Part shown: in pieces, positions 13,166-24,642 of the stretch
Numbering within the stretch: position 1 is the first letter of the stretch
How the letters are laid out: every line of letters starts with the position of its first letter
NCBI GenBank assembly: GCA_040954595.2
Contig: CM082578.2
Coordinates: 13,236,304 to 13,300,303, forward strand
Direction: 5' to 3'
DNA: 64,000 nt
From: Balanoglossus misakiensis
Lineage: Eukaryota; Animalia; Hemichordata
Position numbers and translations under genes: made by a program
The notes under the pieces: generated by a model
What the model saw: the letters and a program-made list of their open reading frames with translations, nothing else
What the model was told of the DNA's origin: nothing
Database searches by the model: none

Positions 13166-14755
13166 ATGTCAAACTCAACGCAGAGTTTTATACCTGAAGC
13201 GGAATGGGCAAATTTTACCCCAACGGAGACAACCGCGGCTGCGGCCACGACGGAACCGTATCGTGAACCGTACACACTACGCGAGCTCATTCCCTTTGCC
13301 ATATTCACATCCGCCATCACAGTCACAGCGATCGTCGGGAACATCCTAATCCTTCTTGCCTTCGCCACCACTCCGAGCGTGCGGCGGCTGACGACTTACT
13401 TCTACGCCAGCTTGGCCGTGACCGACCTGATCAGCGGTTTGTTCGTCATGCCGGTCATGATGTCGTTCACCCTGGCGTCCTCTTGGAAGCTGGGCAAGCC
13501 GTTCTGCAAAGTGTGGCTCTGCGTCGACATGTTCGTGTACGCCGCCTCCGTGTACCACATGTGCGCTATATGTCTCGACCGGTTTCTGGCCATCAGGTTC
13601 CCGTTCAGGTATCGATGCGTGAGAACGAAGAGGCTGATACTGTCGTTCATCGCCGTCGCCTGGGGTCTCGGTTTAATCATAGAGGTCCCGGCGACAATTT
13701 TCTACGACGTCATATTGGGGAATAGCACCGTCCCTTACGGAATAGAGTGCGACGTCGAGTGGTACAGGAACGCGGCCGTCACATCCGTCAGCTTCATCGT
13801 CACAGTCGCCATCCCGTTAATTTTCATGGTGACTCTGTCGGCATTTATATTCATCACGATACGACGAAGGAGGGAACTTTCGGACGGGAACATAAAGAAC
13901 GACAAGAGGTGTTCTTCGAAGCAAGATGCCCAAGACGGACGCGGCAACGCGGGAACAAAAACTTGCGAGGCCGATCAGTCTCCTGCTCTGAGAAAATCGT
14001 CCACAAAAATTTCAGGATTAAAGGACTGTTTTCGCTTGTCGAAGAGGCCCCAAAACTCCAATGACCGAGGGGGTGCCGCCAATGCCGCTACTGCAGCCGA
14101 TGTCTGTGTGACGTTTGAACAGAAAAGTGGCGAAAACATTGAGTTGAAAACTTCCATTATCAACAATGTTTCCAGACCCCCTGAAAACGACCGAAGCGCC
14201 ATCTCGAAGAACGTGGCGAATGGTTCAGAAAACGACGGGAAAATCCCCGATGCGGACGACAAAAAAGACGCAGATGGAGACGAGAACTCCAGCAACAGAC
14301 CAAACCCCCAAAATGACCCACGTGATCTCCCTGGCGCAACCACAGGCAAAAGGTTAAGTCATCCCGTCGACGACGGCAACAAACAACCCACTAAGCCCGC
14401 CGCCGCAGCCGTCGCGACCAACCCGAACAAACAATCGTCGGCGCAACGAGCTAGCGAAATCAAGGCGGCCACAACCATGGGAATCCTAATTGGCGTTTTC
14501 CTGATCACCTGGCTGCCATGGAAACTGACCACAATTGCTGACGCAATCGCGAAGGACTACGTGTCTCCAGACTTCTGGTACGACGTGGCCGTTTGGCTGC
14601 AGTATACGAATTCAATGATTAATCCCTTTCTGTACGTACTGAGAGAAAATGATTTCAAAGTTGCCATCAGAAGAATTCTATGTCGAGTTTTCTGTTGTAA
14701 GAGAGTCGACACTGACCACCGCAGGGCCTCTGCCGCGACCTACTTGCAACGATAG
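13166..14755 (+). CDS. Class A aminergic-type GPCR, paralog 2, 529 aa, intronless CDS
   Basis: Motifs GN, SLAVTD, CKVWLCVD, DRF, ECDVEW, TWLPWK, NSMINPFLY. Closest to paralog 1 at DNA level; both end CGATAG. Confidence 0.95.
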   Translation: MSNSTQSFIPEAEWANFTPTETTAAAATTEPYREPYTLRELIPFAIFTSAITVTAIVGNILILLAFATTPSVRRLTTYFYASLAVTDLISGLFVMPVMMSFTLASSWKLGKPFCKVWLCVDMFVYAASVYHMCAICLDRFLAIRFPFRYRCVRTKRLILSFIAVAWGLGLIIEVPATIFYDVILGNSTVPYGIECDVEWYRNAAVTSVSFIVTVAIPLIFMVTLSAFIFITIRRRRELSDGNIKNDKRCSSKQDAQDGRGNAGTKTCEADQSPALRKSSTKISGLKDCFRLSKRPQNSNDRGGAANAATAADVCVTFEQKSGENIELKTSIINNVSRPPENDRSAISKNVANGSENDGKIPDADDKKDADGDENSSNRPNPQNDPRDLPGATTGKRLSHPVDDGNKQPTKPAAAAVATNPNKQSSAQRASEIKAATTMGILIGVFLITWLPWKLTTIADAIAKDYVSPDFWYDVAVWLQYTNSMINPFLYVLRENDFKVAIRRILCRVFCCKRVDTDHRRASAATYLQR

Positions 14756-16179
14756 TAATTTCTGGTTTCGGGCGTACTTAATTTCCGACCCACAGAAACA
14801 GAAAATAGTTTCAGTTTTAAAGGACCGGAGAGAGGAGGACTCGCCAAGCGTTATTATTTGATCAGATTTGTAATGAGAAGAAGAAAAATTAACGTGTCAA
14901 ATTCGCGCGGGTGGCATTTGAAACCCGATCAAAATTACTTCCGTATGTAGACGTTTCATCTCACTGTATCACAGGAGATTCAAGAAAAAAACTAATTTTC
15001 TCTCGGGGAAAGTATCTCCTCATTAGTTTTGAAATCCGAGTCGTCGTAATAGAATTTGACAAAAAATGATTGAAATTCGATAAAGTCTTTCATTGGCGAT
15101 GAACTGCTCGACAACCACCTGTAGCAGGTCTCGTTTGTAATGTTAGATGTTGAAGGACAAACAGCTTCATATCAGACTGACGTATTACCTTAATACTGGC
15201 TTTGTCGTTTGTTTCTTCTGAAAAGGTCAGATATCGCGAAGGAAGGGATTTAAAAAAACACGGATCATGTACTACATGTTGCTTAAGATCCGAGTAGGCT
15301 ATAGCTGCCTGTGTTGACAATAAACAGTTACACGTACACTTCATGGTGGGCGTTAACGTGAGAGATAACCTTTAACCCTTTCACCACCATTGTTTTGGTC
15401 CAAATCCATGAATGTTTTCTTTGATAAAGTTTGATATGTTTTACAATTGTGTTTCTAAACATTCTGCGTGCTTTGTCTCTGCAAAGTCTCAAGTAACTGG
15501 CCCCGCTGACATGTCTAACGTGTTGGTGTTCAAAGGTTGTCCAGACAACGGAAGATCACTGCGCAGGACAGTCAAAGACGGGGGGGGGGAATCCTCAAAC
15601 CTTGGCACAGCGGTACGCCTGGACAATAAAATGCGCGTGGTTTGGGGTGACGTCAGCTGATGGAAAGACAGCCACAGCCATTACGGCTTTGCCCCATGAC
15701 GTCAAAAGACAGTGTGACGTAATCATGCAGACATCTCTCTGTGCGCCAAAACGACGTCTTCGGACACGATTTGTTTTACTGTACTGTCACCCTTTTGGGG
15801 GAACACGTTCATCAATTTAAATATCGATTTACTCTTTGACTTTTAAGAGTGAAGTTATTGTCTTGAAGAAATACTAGTGATTTTAATTTTATAATACAGA
15901 ATATTATCGTGTATAGCTGCAATTCTAAATGTAGGACGAAAAATAGATGTTCTAGACATATACTTCAGACGAAAGGCTTGATTTATAGTTTTGTTTATAA
16001 ACACTAAACATTTAAAGGTTTTTCGTAACATTTTGTCCAACATTGTTACATAACTTATTTTTTTATATTTTTATATTTATACGTGTAGTACAAAATGTAT
16101 ACGTTATCATTTATATATGCATATTATTCTCTGAAATAGGGGACAGTGATTTCGCCGTAGGTTGTCCAGATGAAGTACT

Positions 16180-16210
16180 TTCATTCATTTCATTCATTCA
16201 TTCATTCATT
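16180..16210. repeat. (TTCA)n microsatellite
   Basis: About 7 TTCA units read directly. Confidence 0.8.
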
Positions 16211-18047
16211 TATATGAAATTTCAGTTATCAATTATGTATAAAGCTAGGAACAGAACTTGTTAAAGTTTTGATTCACTTAACATGCGTAAACGCATCATC
16301 ATCAATTTTAAAATGAGGGTAAGTGCTTGCCTTGATTAATGTCTGCAATAAATCGTTGGGATTGTTTCAAGAATTTGTATTGTTTACTTTTGCCTTTATA
16401 TTAATATTCGGACAGATTTTCAATTGTGGCGGATTTCTGCAAGTGAAAGGTGTTCTAAGTGTGGTACTAATGGTAATGCCGGAAAATTTAGCTGTGCAAA
16501 AGAAGATGACGTGCAATATGTAATACATCGCCATTCAAAAATTTTGCCACAGCAACTTGTCGACTGATTCGTTGTTCTATTACACGATGCCCTCAACGGT
16601 CGAGATACGTCTAGGGCATATTAACTGCAGCAAACAATCAACTCATCATAGAGGGCAGGCAGGCGATTGCTTTCCAAGACACAAGTAGAGTGAAGATGTA
16701 TTGTCCGTCCAGCGCCAGTGAGGTAAGAATAAATATTTTACTATGACATGACATGGCTGCTCAATGTTTCACAATACAGTCAGATCTCTGTGACAGTAAT
16801 ATGTGTAGCACGTTTCATCAAATGACAAGCACTTGCTTCAATACTAGTAATATGTCATTCTTTACAATCGTATGCGAGGTTTTTGATCCAATAAGACAGC
16901 TCCGTGTTGGGAACATTGCTAAATTTACAGAAGAGGAATTTTCCGCAGAAAACAAATGTTCACACAAAACGACACACTTTGATGTGTAAGCTATATACAG
17001 TGCATTGCCTCGTTGTTCGGAGCGATATGTACATAATAAACCAACTACCTAAAACCAAATAACTCACTATAATTACATTGCTATCCGCGTTCGGTTTCGA
17101 AAAAAATCGCACACTGAGTAGTTGTGAACCCTGCAATAATATTGCACTCACATTGTCAGCATGATGACTTTTGATAACTACGCTAACATGCAATTATCGC
17201 GGGCAAAAAAAAAAACTAATCAGTTCTCTATCGCGACTTCACAAATTACTCTGTTTTCGAGCATTCCGGTCCTTTCCTTGTCCCATTGTGTCCTGGCCCT
17301 GCCCTCAAGTGGGTTTACATGTATACACTGGAGTCCGAGAGGGCTGCTTCGTAAACGGAAAGCAACCGAGATTATACGTACTTCTTAGTTGACCTGTAAT
17401 CGGGATGAGAACACCGCCGCTTGAAGGGACAGACACGGCGAATGTACTCAATCATTAATCAACATCCCACGAGAGTATATGCTTTGTTGTGTTAAGTATT
17501 AAATGAGGTTTGAGGACACTGTCAATATTTCAGTATTTTTCATACATAAAATATTTAGTGAGCGACATTAGACATCATAGATATCCTGGCTATATTTCAC
17601 CAAAGTACAGAATTAACATGCCAGCAGCGGGAGTTAACATGCCCATCTGAATGCGACACTTCTTAAAAGACAAAGATGAAAAGCCGGTATGGAGTGACAT
17701 ACAGAGGTGGGCAAAAAAGGCTGGGAAAGACTATTTTATGGACGTTAATTATTTAACTCTTCCACATTATGATGTATCAACGCGTATCTGTTGGCCATCA
17801 CGATTTTCTGCGTTTTTTATTACCAGTATTTGTATATAACTTGTTGGTATTTTATGATTCCATTGAATATTTCTGCTTTAAGTAATAAACATCCTTTTTA
17901 CTATTGTAAATACCATCGGTATAAGATGTACTCAATATCACATACATTATATCCCTTTAACAGTACTTGCATCGTATTATTTTCACTTCACTTATCCTAA
18001 TATGCATGGATGGTGGAATAAACCCATTTTAACTGTCAAGAGATTGG

Positions 18048-20361
18048 TCATACACTGGCAACTGCAGATGACTTTTTACACAAGAAGACGGCAACGAATA
18101 TTGCAATCAGGACCGCCAGTATCGCCAAGGTTACACAGGCGACGATAACTACCATTGTGACAGTACCGGACGATTCTGCAAGAAATATACGTCAACATTC
18201 GGTATTTGACAGATATACCGTCATGTTGATAACAATTAAAACCTATTGATCATGTGACCTCTGACCAAAAGTCGTGAAATGTTTCTTTGGAAATCAGTAC
18301 ACTTTATTTTTTTTAATCCGTATCTACCCGCCTAACAAGCTTACCTCTAGAACTTGCGTGCGTGACCCCTAACGTTGACATCGAAATCGTTGACGGAATT
18401 TCTTGATGCATAAAAAGATAAAAGAAGGCAATAAGATATCCAGAAATATCATAAAAAATTAAATCATTTCTATGAAACATGGCATGTTTGAAAATTCTTA
18501 TTTTTCAGGCAACATGGAATAGCATGTTTATGAAAAAATAATCAAGTAAAATGAATCTATTTTCACGATAAATGCGTTTCAGTTTCCCCTTCCCCATTTG
18601 TTAAAAAATCAACAAGTAGAGCCCGGAAATTCACCCGAATTTAGGAATCATGGCTGACTCACTTACCGCGACAAGAATGCCGGTCAGAAGTCAACTCAAA
18701 TCCATCCTCGCAGTCGCAACGGTAGCTTCCAAGGGTGTTGACGCAGAGAGACTGACAGCTCCCATTGTCTTGGTCACATTCATTGAAGTCTGCGATGCAG
18801 GTTAAACAATACTGCTTAGTTTCAAATATTGGCTCCGGTAAACAATGGGTACAAAAAAACTATACGTATAGCAGGGGTGCCGTCAACAGTCCAAGGTCGA
18901 ATGTGAACTGAAATTAGCTGGCACTTGTATCAGATTGAAGATATTAAATTCGACAAATAAAAATGAAAAAGCATCGTCACTAGTTCAACAGAAGTGATTT
19001 TTTTGTTCTTTGATTTTGTTTTTTCTTTTAAATGTGCGGCTGCCCGTGACCCAGTTTTGCAGAGTCCTGTATTGGCCTTTACATTGTATCAACGATATAA
19101 TTTGAACACAATGCCTGCCGATGCATCCACGATGTATGCATACTCAATTTGTGAAGCGTGACGCGCAATCTCCCTGTAAAGTCGCCTTACCACACGAATG
19201 GCCATCGCTCCACAACGTGTAGTTACCGCCGCAGGAACATATATAACTCCCTTCGGTGTTGTCGCAATGGTCGTCACATCCTCCATTGTCAACCGAGCAT
19301 TCGTTTATGTCTGGCAAGCGAGGAAACAAAAGCCGTGACTAGTTGCGGCTGCGCGGCTACACCAGGAACATTTTTGATCAAGATCATTGCACATAATTAT
19401 GAAGAACATTTCTTTGATCAAGACTATACATTATATGTATTATGACAGCGCAATACTGCCGAACGTATCAAATGTTTCAATATATATACAATATTTCAAT
19501 CTATATACAATGTACATTACATTGAATATTACAGAAGCTGAGACCGCTGCAATGATTAAACTATGAGGGCAGATGTACAAGTATGAAAAATGTTAATTAC
19601 CATTGCACAGCATAGTAAGGATTGGATTGGGTTCATATCCACTGTAACAACTGCATTGAAAACTTCCTATTGTGTTAGTACAGTTCTGAGAGCACCCGGA
19701 TGTTCCAGCCAGACATTCATCTTTGTCTAGTCAAATGTTGAAAGGGGAAAAAATAGAAAATAAAGTGCAAAGATTAAGTGACACGAAAAGTGTATGGTGT
19801 CTGTACCGGCGTTTGTCAGTGTGCGCCACTATGTTACCCCAATATCATCCCTTATCATAACTTCGATTCATTTGGTTGAATTTTCCATTCCACAGGGGAT
19901 TTTTTTCGTGTGTGACACAGTTTGGACTCTGCGAGATGATTTGATGAGTTTTTGTAATGTGGAAAAGACTCCCAGTAATCGTTCAGCCGCAGTCCGTCTC
20001 AACGAAAAACCTTGCCTGCTAAAGCTTACCACTGCAGGTGAAATTGTTGGCATCCAGCACGTATCCATTATCACAGCTGCACACTGGTCCACTGCCAGGG
20101 TCGTTACATCTCTGTTCACATCCGTATGTGTCACAAGTGCCCTGCGCCTGATGCAAAAAAAAACACGGGGATAGAGATAGAGATTGAATTTCAAACCGCA
20201 AACGTGGCCGGTTTTAATTTATTTGTCGCTCTATAAAGTGAATACTTATGCAGTATCCTCGGTAACTCAGAACATGTGTAGAGTGTACTTACAAAAAGCC
20301 CTGGCGAATAGATAAGCGTTACGAATAACAATAGGCAGAGAGTCCGTAGAATCATCTTCAT
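18048..20361 (-). CDS. Small type I transmembrane protein, 246 aa, 7 coding exons: signal peptide, 1 EGF, 3 calcium-binding EGF, S/T stalk, TM, ~9-aa tail
   Basis: Exons (minus strand): 20361-20293 ([23 protein letters not shown]), 20147-20030 ([18 protein letters not shown]), 19726-19601 (DKDECLAG..), 19310-19191 (DINECSVD..), 18789-18667 (DFNECDQD..), 18401-18345 ([19 protein letters not shown]), 18175-18048 ([42 protein letters not shown]). All introns are GT-AG with consistent phases (0,1,1,1,1,1). AATAAA on the minus strand at ~17816-17821. An in-frame ATG at 20373 is an alternative start. Confidence 0.88.
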
Positions 20362-22146
20362 GGAGCACGTCATACAAGTGCGTATTACTAGTATTCTGTC
20401 GATACATAGAACACAAGACACGGTTACAACCAAGCATTAAAATAATGCAAAAAAAACATCACAATTGGCTCCAGAGAGTACAATGAATAGTATTCCGATC
20501 GCGCAATTGTTTTCACTGTAAAATACTAAATACTGGCTACTCTCTTATTACTCTCTCTCTCCGCCCCTCCCTCTATCATGACATCACAACCAAGCAGTCT
20601 TCTCTGGTCGCAGATTCGTGTTAAAACAAATTGTACTCTTTCTTGCACGCCCTATTGACTTAGAAGAAGTCTGCTTTAAATCTACATCCTTACCTTCAAA
20701 GTACGTAATCAATGACAAGATCCGTGACCCCGAAATCAGTATGTCGCAGTATTGGCAATAGGTCTCAATTGACCGGATGACTGGTTTGATCCCGGTTCAC
20801 ATCTCCTGATGTCAAGCACGTCTTTTCCCTTCAAAACAAACAATATTTCTCGGTTGTTCATGTACAACAAACACTTGAGGTGTATGTCAGGGGTCAAGAG
20901 GCCATAATCAGAGCGACAAAGGACGGGATACAAAGAACCTGCAATGGTTATCTTGGTTAATTGTAAACCCATCTTGTTGTCATTGTGCTCTGCGCGTCAA
21001 TCAATTATCCTCTGGTCTTTTGTCGGGGGACAATCTCCGATCAGGACAACGCACCATACCAGAAAGATCACTTTTACTTGTTAGACCGAGAAGCGCATTG
21101 TTAGCTGGCTTCATCGTCGCTTAAAATAAATGCAGGGTACAGTAATAGGTCTTGACTTTATAATAACTTTACACCTGGTGTTATTTTGTTATGGAAAATG
21201 TATCCACGCGCATGGCAGTTTTCTGCTGTCTCGTTCGAGGTACAGGGCTTCTTTTTGACCCCGCAAGTTGACATTTCAAATGCCCTCGACAGAAAGCAGC
21301 GACCATATAAAAATTCCAGTTCTACGTTTGAGACAAGTTACAGGAGATGTTTCGAAAAGTAGTAGACACACCAAAGATCACCTAAACACTTACCTTATCG
21401 ACGAAACGACCAGACTAAGAACTCAGCAGCCGTGTGTATTCCGACCGTCTTTCTCTTTGTCACTGTGACAATATACCCAACGTATATTCAAAGGGCATCT
21501 CCACCAAGGTTTTACATGGGTTAGATAGGTTCTCATAAATTTCATTCTTGAATCGATTTCTCTTGGGGATTCGGGCATACCCAAAACCTTTGTCACTAAA
21601 CTTATTGAATAGAAGTCTATACGATCCTGCATGAGCAAAAAAGCACACAACAGATATTAAGAATCGGTGACGTAGATGGTGGAAATATCGAAGATATGCT
21701 TTAATCTTTCGTGTTATTGTGTTTTTTTTCTATATGCGGGGAAATTAGCTGTAACGTTCGACTCCCCCCCCCTCTCTCTCTCTCTGTTGATTGGATCAAC
21801 TCGTCGCTTTAACAATATGAGCATGCATGTCGTGCCAAGCAATATACGAATGTTTTTATGGCACACAGTTCTAAGTTAATATCAGACACGCTAAGCCATA
21901 TTGAATATATTTCCTGTGGGTCTACATGATTTGTCTACAAATAACAAATTGCGCAGTTGTTACGGTAGAAAAAACCGAGAGCACACAATGGAGTCTGTAG
22001 TTCAACAACAGAATATGTAATTGAACAACTAGCCTTCTAAAATCGAAAGGTCTCACAGAAAAAAATGCTATATGTGTTTTTACCTTGCTTGGTCGAGGAG
22101 TTACCGAGTCCACAAAAGTCATGGCCGAACTCAAGCCTCACCAAGG

Positions 22147-22258
22147 CACAGAAGTCCGTTGCTGACAAAGTCCGTCATTCACAGAAGCCAGTTGCTCACA
22201 GTAGTCCGTTGCTCACACAAAGTCCGTTGCTCATGAAATCCGTTGCTCACAGAGTCCA
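22147..22258. repeat. Degenerate ~16-18-bp tandem repeat (core AGTCCGTTGCTCAC), about 6 units
   Basis: CCGTTGCT or CAGTTGCT cores at 22156, 22189, 22206, 22224 and 22240, plus degenerate units. Confidence 0.75.
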
Positions 22259-24642
22259 GACCAGCTAGGTAAATTCCTAATTCCCAAGGCGATGTGGAGT
22301 GACGTGCTCCTCCGAGTCAGTGTTGAGAAGTGTTCCTCGTGGTTTTTGTGAGAAGGCCTTTTACATGGGTGACCATCTGGTTAACTAATATTTAAATGAA
22401 CTAGTTGAAAAGGCAGGGCCCTTTGTTATGCAAAGAAGAGCTACCCCTCTCTCGACCAAGCAACTATAACTAAACAGGGTGTGTCGTAACACACTGTATT
22501 TGCGTGCGTCGTTCTCTCGGACTATTAGACAAACTCAAAGATACAAGACTGGAGCCTTTCAACTGTATCATTCACTGCTAATAATCAGTTTTCATCTCCT
22601 TGTGGGAACTTCAAGAAAAGTAATATTTACAATTCAAAAATATCCATATTCATAACGATTTACGAGGCCCCTCAAATCATACAGGTGGACAATGTGGGTT
22701 GTTGCACTCGATTCTTTGACAGTATTTATAATTAACACTTGCTCACGCATATGACAGCGTATTCCCACAAAGCTTCTTTTGGGTGACAGCACAATTTGAA
22801 TGAACGACCCCAACAATTTGCCGGTGGAGACACGCGACATCCGCGCGACAAGAGTAGTAAGGGAGCGGCTGTGTAAAAAGCGATTTCTGGTAATGTTACC
22901 AGTTACCATCAGCTCGTGCATTTTGTTAACATAGCAAGTTTCGCTATACCTTACCGAATAGAGCAACATTGTTAACGTTTCTGTCGCAAGGCACACGTTA
23001 GATATCCCCTCGGACACAACTTATTTCCCCGCCGTGCAAAACAGTATATAACATACAGCTCCTTAATTTTCGCCACCGAGGGCGCATTCCCGAGCACACA
23101 GATAGAACAGCAGTACGTTGTGGCGCGAAGGGTAAACCACGTGGTTTGCATTCACCAGTTGATACATACAGACCTTGGCAGAAGACCCAAGAAACAGGGG
23201 AAGTGAAAGTAAACGGTGACGTCATAGCCTTCTCTCCGAGCACCATTGTGCTCATTGTGAGAATTGTGTGCATTTTCCAGTCGTTGAGTACACAGAATGA
23301 CACAAAGTCAAAACAAACATTTAACACGAAAGGTACACGGTTACCAATACAAAGTTAACCACCGTTACTATTGGAAATTGAAATACAACCAATCACTGAT
23401 TTTCATTGGGTGGTTCACTCGAGAAAAGAAGGGCCTCAACACATGTTCATTAGAAGCCCATTTTACCATTTATAGGCATATGTAACTTAGAGGCGACCGT
23501 ATACCTTTACTTATCAAAACATCACGAAAATAAAGCAGAACACCTCGCTACTGAGATCTCAAACTTTTGTAAGCAGCATCTGCGCAGAGAAGACTCGTGT
23601 CTTCCGGTTCAAAAGTCCGCCTCGAAGTTTTCCTCGGGATGTACAGCTACTGTGCAGATGCTTCGTAGGTCCGTGACCACATCCTCGCGTGCCTTGGTGA
23701 CCGCGGTCCGGGGTGTTACTTTTCTCCGCGCAACGGACAATGATCCGGTGACTAATACAAATCAAAAAGTAACACGATAATCCTGGCCTTTTTATGGAAA
23801 CAAATGAACGGGGTCAGTGGCTATCATGTTTACCGAGTCTGTTTCATGTAATGGTTGTTTGGAGGCAAATGTATGCACATTATGAGAAATGCAGGTTCTT
23901 GAGTACTAGTATTCACATTCGATCACGTTCGTACTGATTGCGTTTCTGTTTGGTGCTTCTCTGCTGCGGACGATGTTTATGCATCTAGCAAACCCCTTTC
24001 AGTTTTATAATAACTGCCCATTATTAAAGGACTTCGCATTCAAGAATGGCCTCATATTTTGTATGACTTCTTGTTTCAGATTCTGCTACATGAGAGCCAT
24101 TATTTCGAGAAGGGGACACGAACACCAAATATACATGTACAGCGCCACCGCGACGTAAAACACGTGCACACAGAGGGTTGGTCACTCCGGTCCCGGATGT
24201 GTCGGCGCGGTGACTGTCAGTGAAAACTGTTGCGTCAACTCGGGAGACCGTGGGCGTATTGGAGAATTTGGTATCGATTTTCTTCCGTCCAGTGAAATCC
24301 GCCTGACCTTTTAGATGACCTCTGCAGTAGATTAGTAAGGGGGTTACAATTTCCTTTCACGCTCGCGAAGGAAGGGGGCCTTTTACGTCGACCAAAAAAG
24401 CACATAGTTCCACTGTGCTCCCGCCGCGGCAGCAACTGACGTATCACCATGGAGTTCATGGTATCACCAAGCCTGTGAGAGAGGACCTATAACTACAAAG
24501 ACGCGCGTGATGCTGCTGCAGTAGTCGGGCTTGATCAGATCAACCGTACTCACACAAGCTGCTGTCGTTTTAACTTCTTTTTATAACATACCGCATGGCG
24601 TCTCCCCGGCGGGAACGGGATTAAAAGTGTTCAACACGGAAA

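Noticed and set aside
15372-15540. piggyBac-like MITE starting TTAA|CCCTTT
   Set aside because: The putative right end is too degenerate and lacks TTAA.
20694-20972. Exon-like segment upstream of the EGF gene as a coding exon
   Set aside because: It has splice-like ends but stop codons in all frames, so at most it is a 5' UTR exon.
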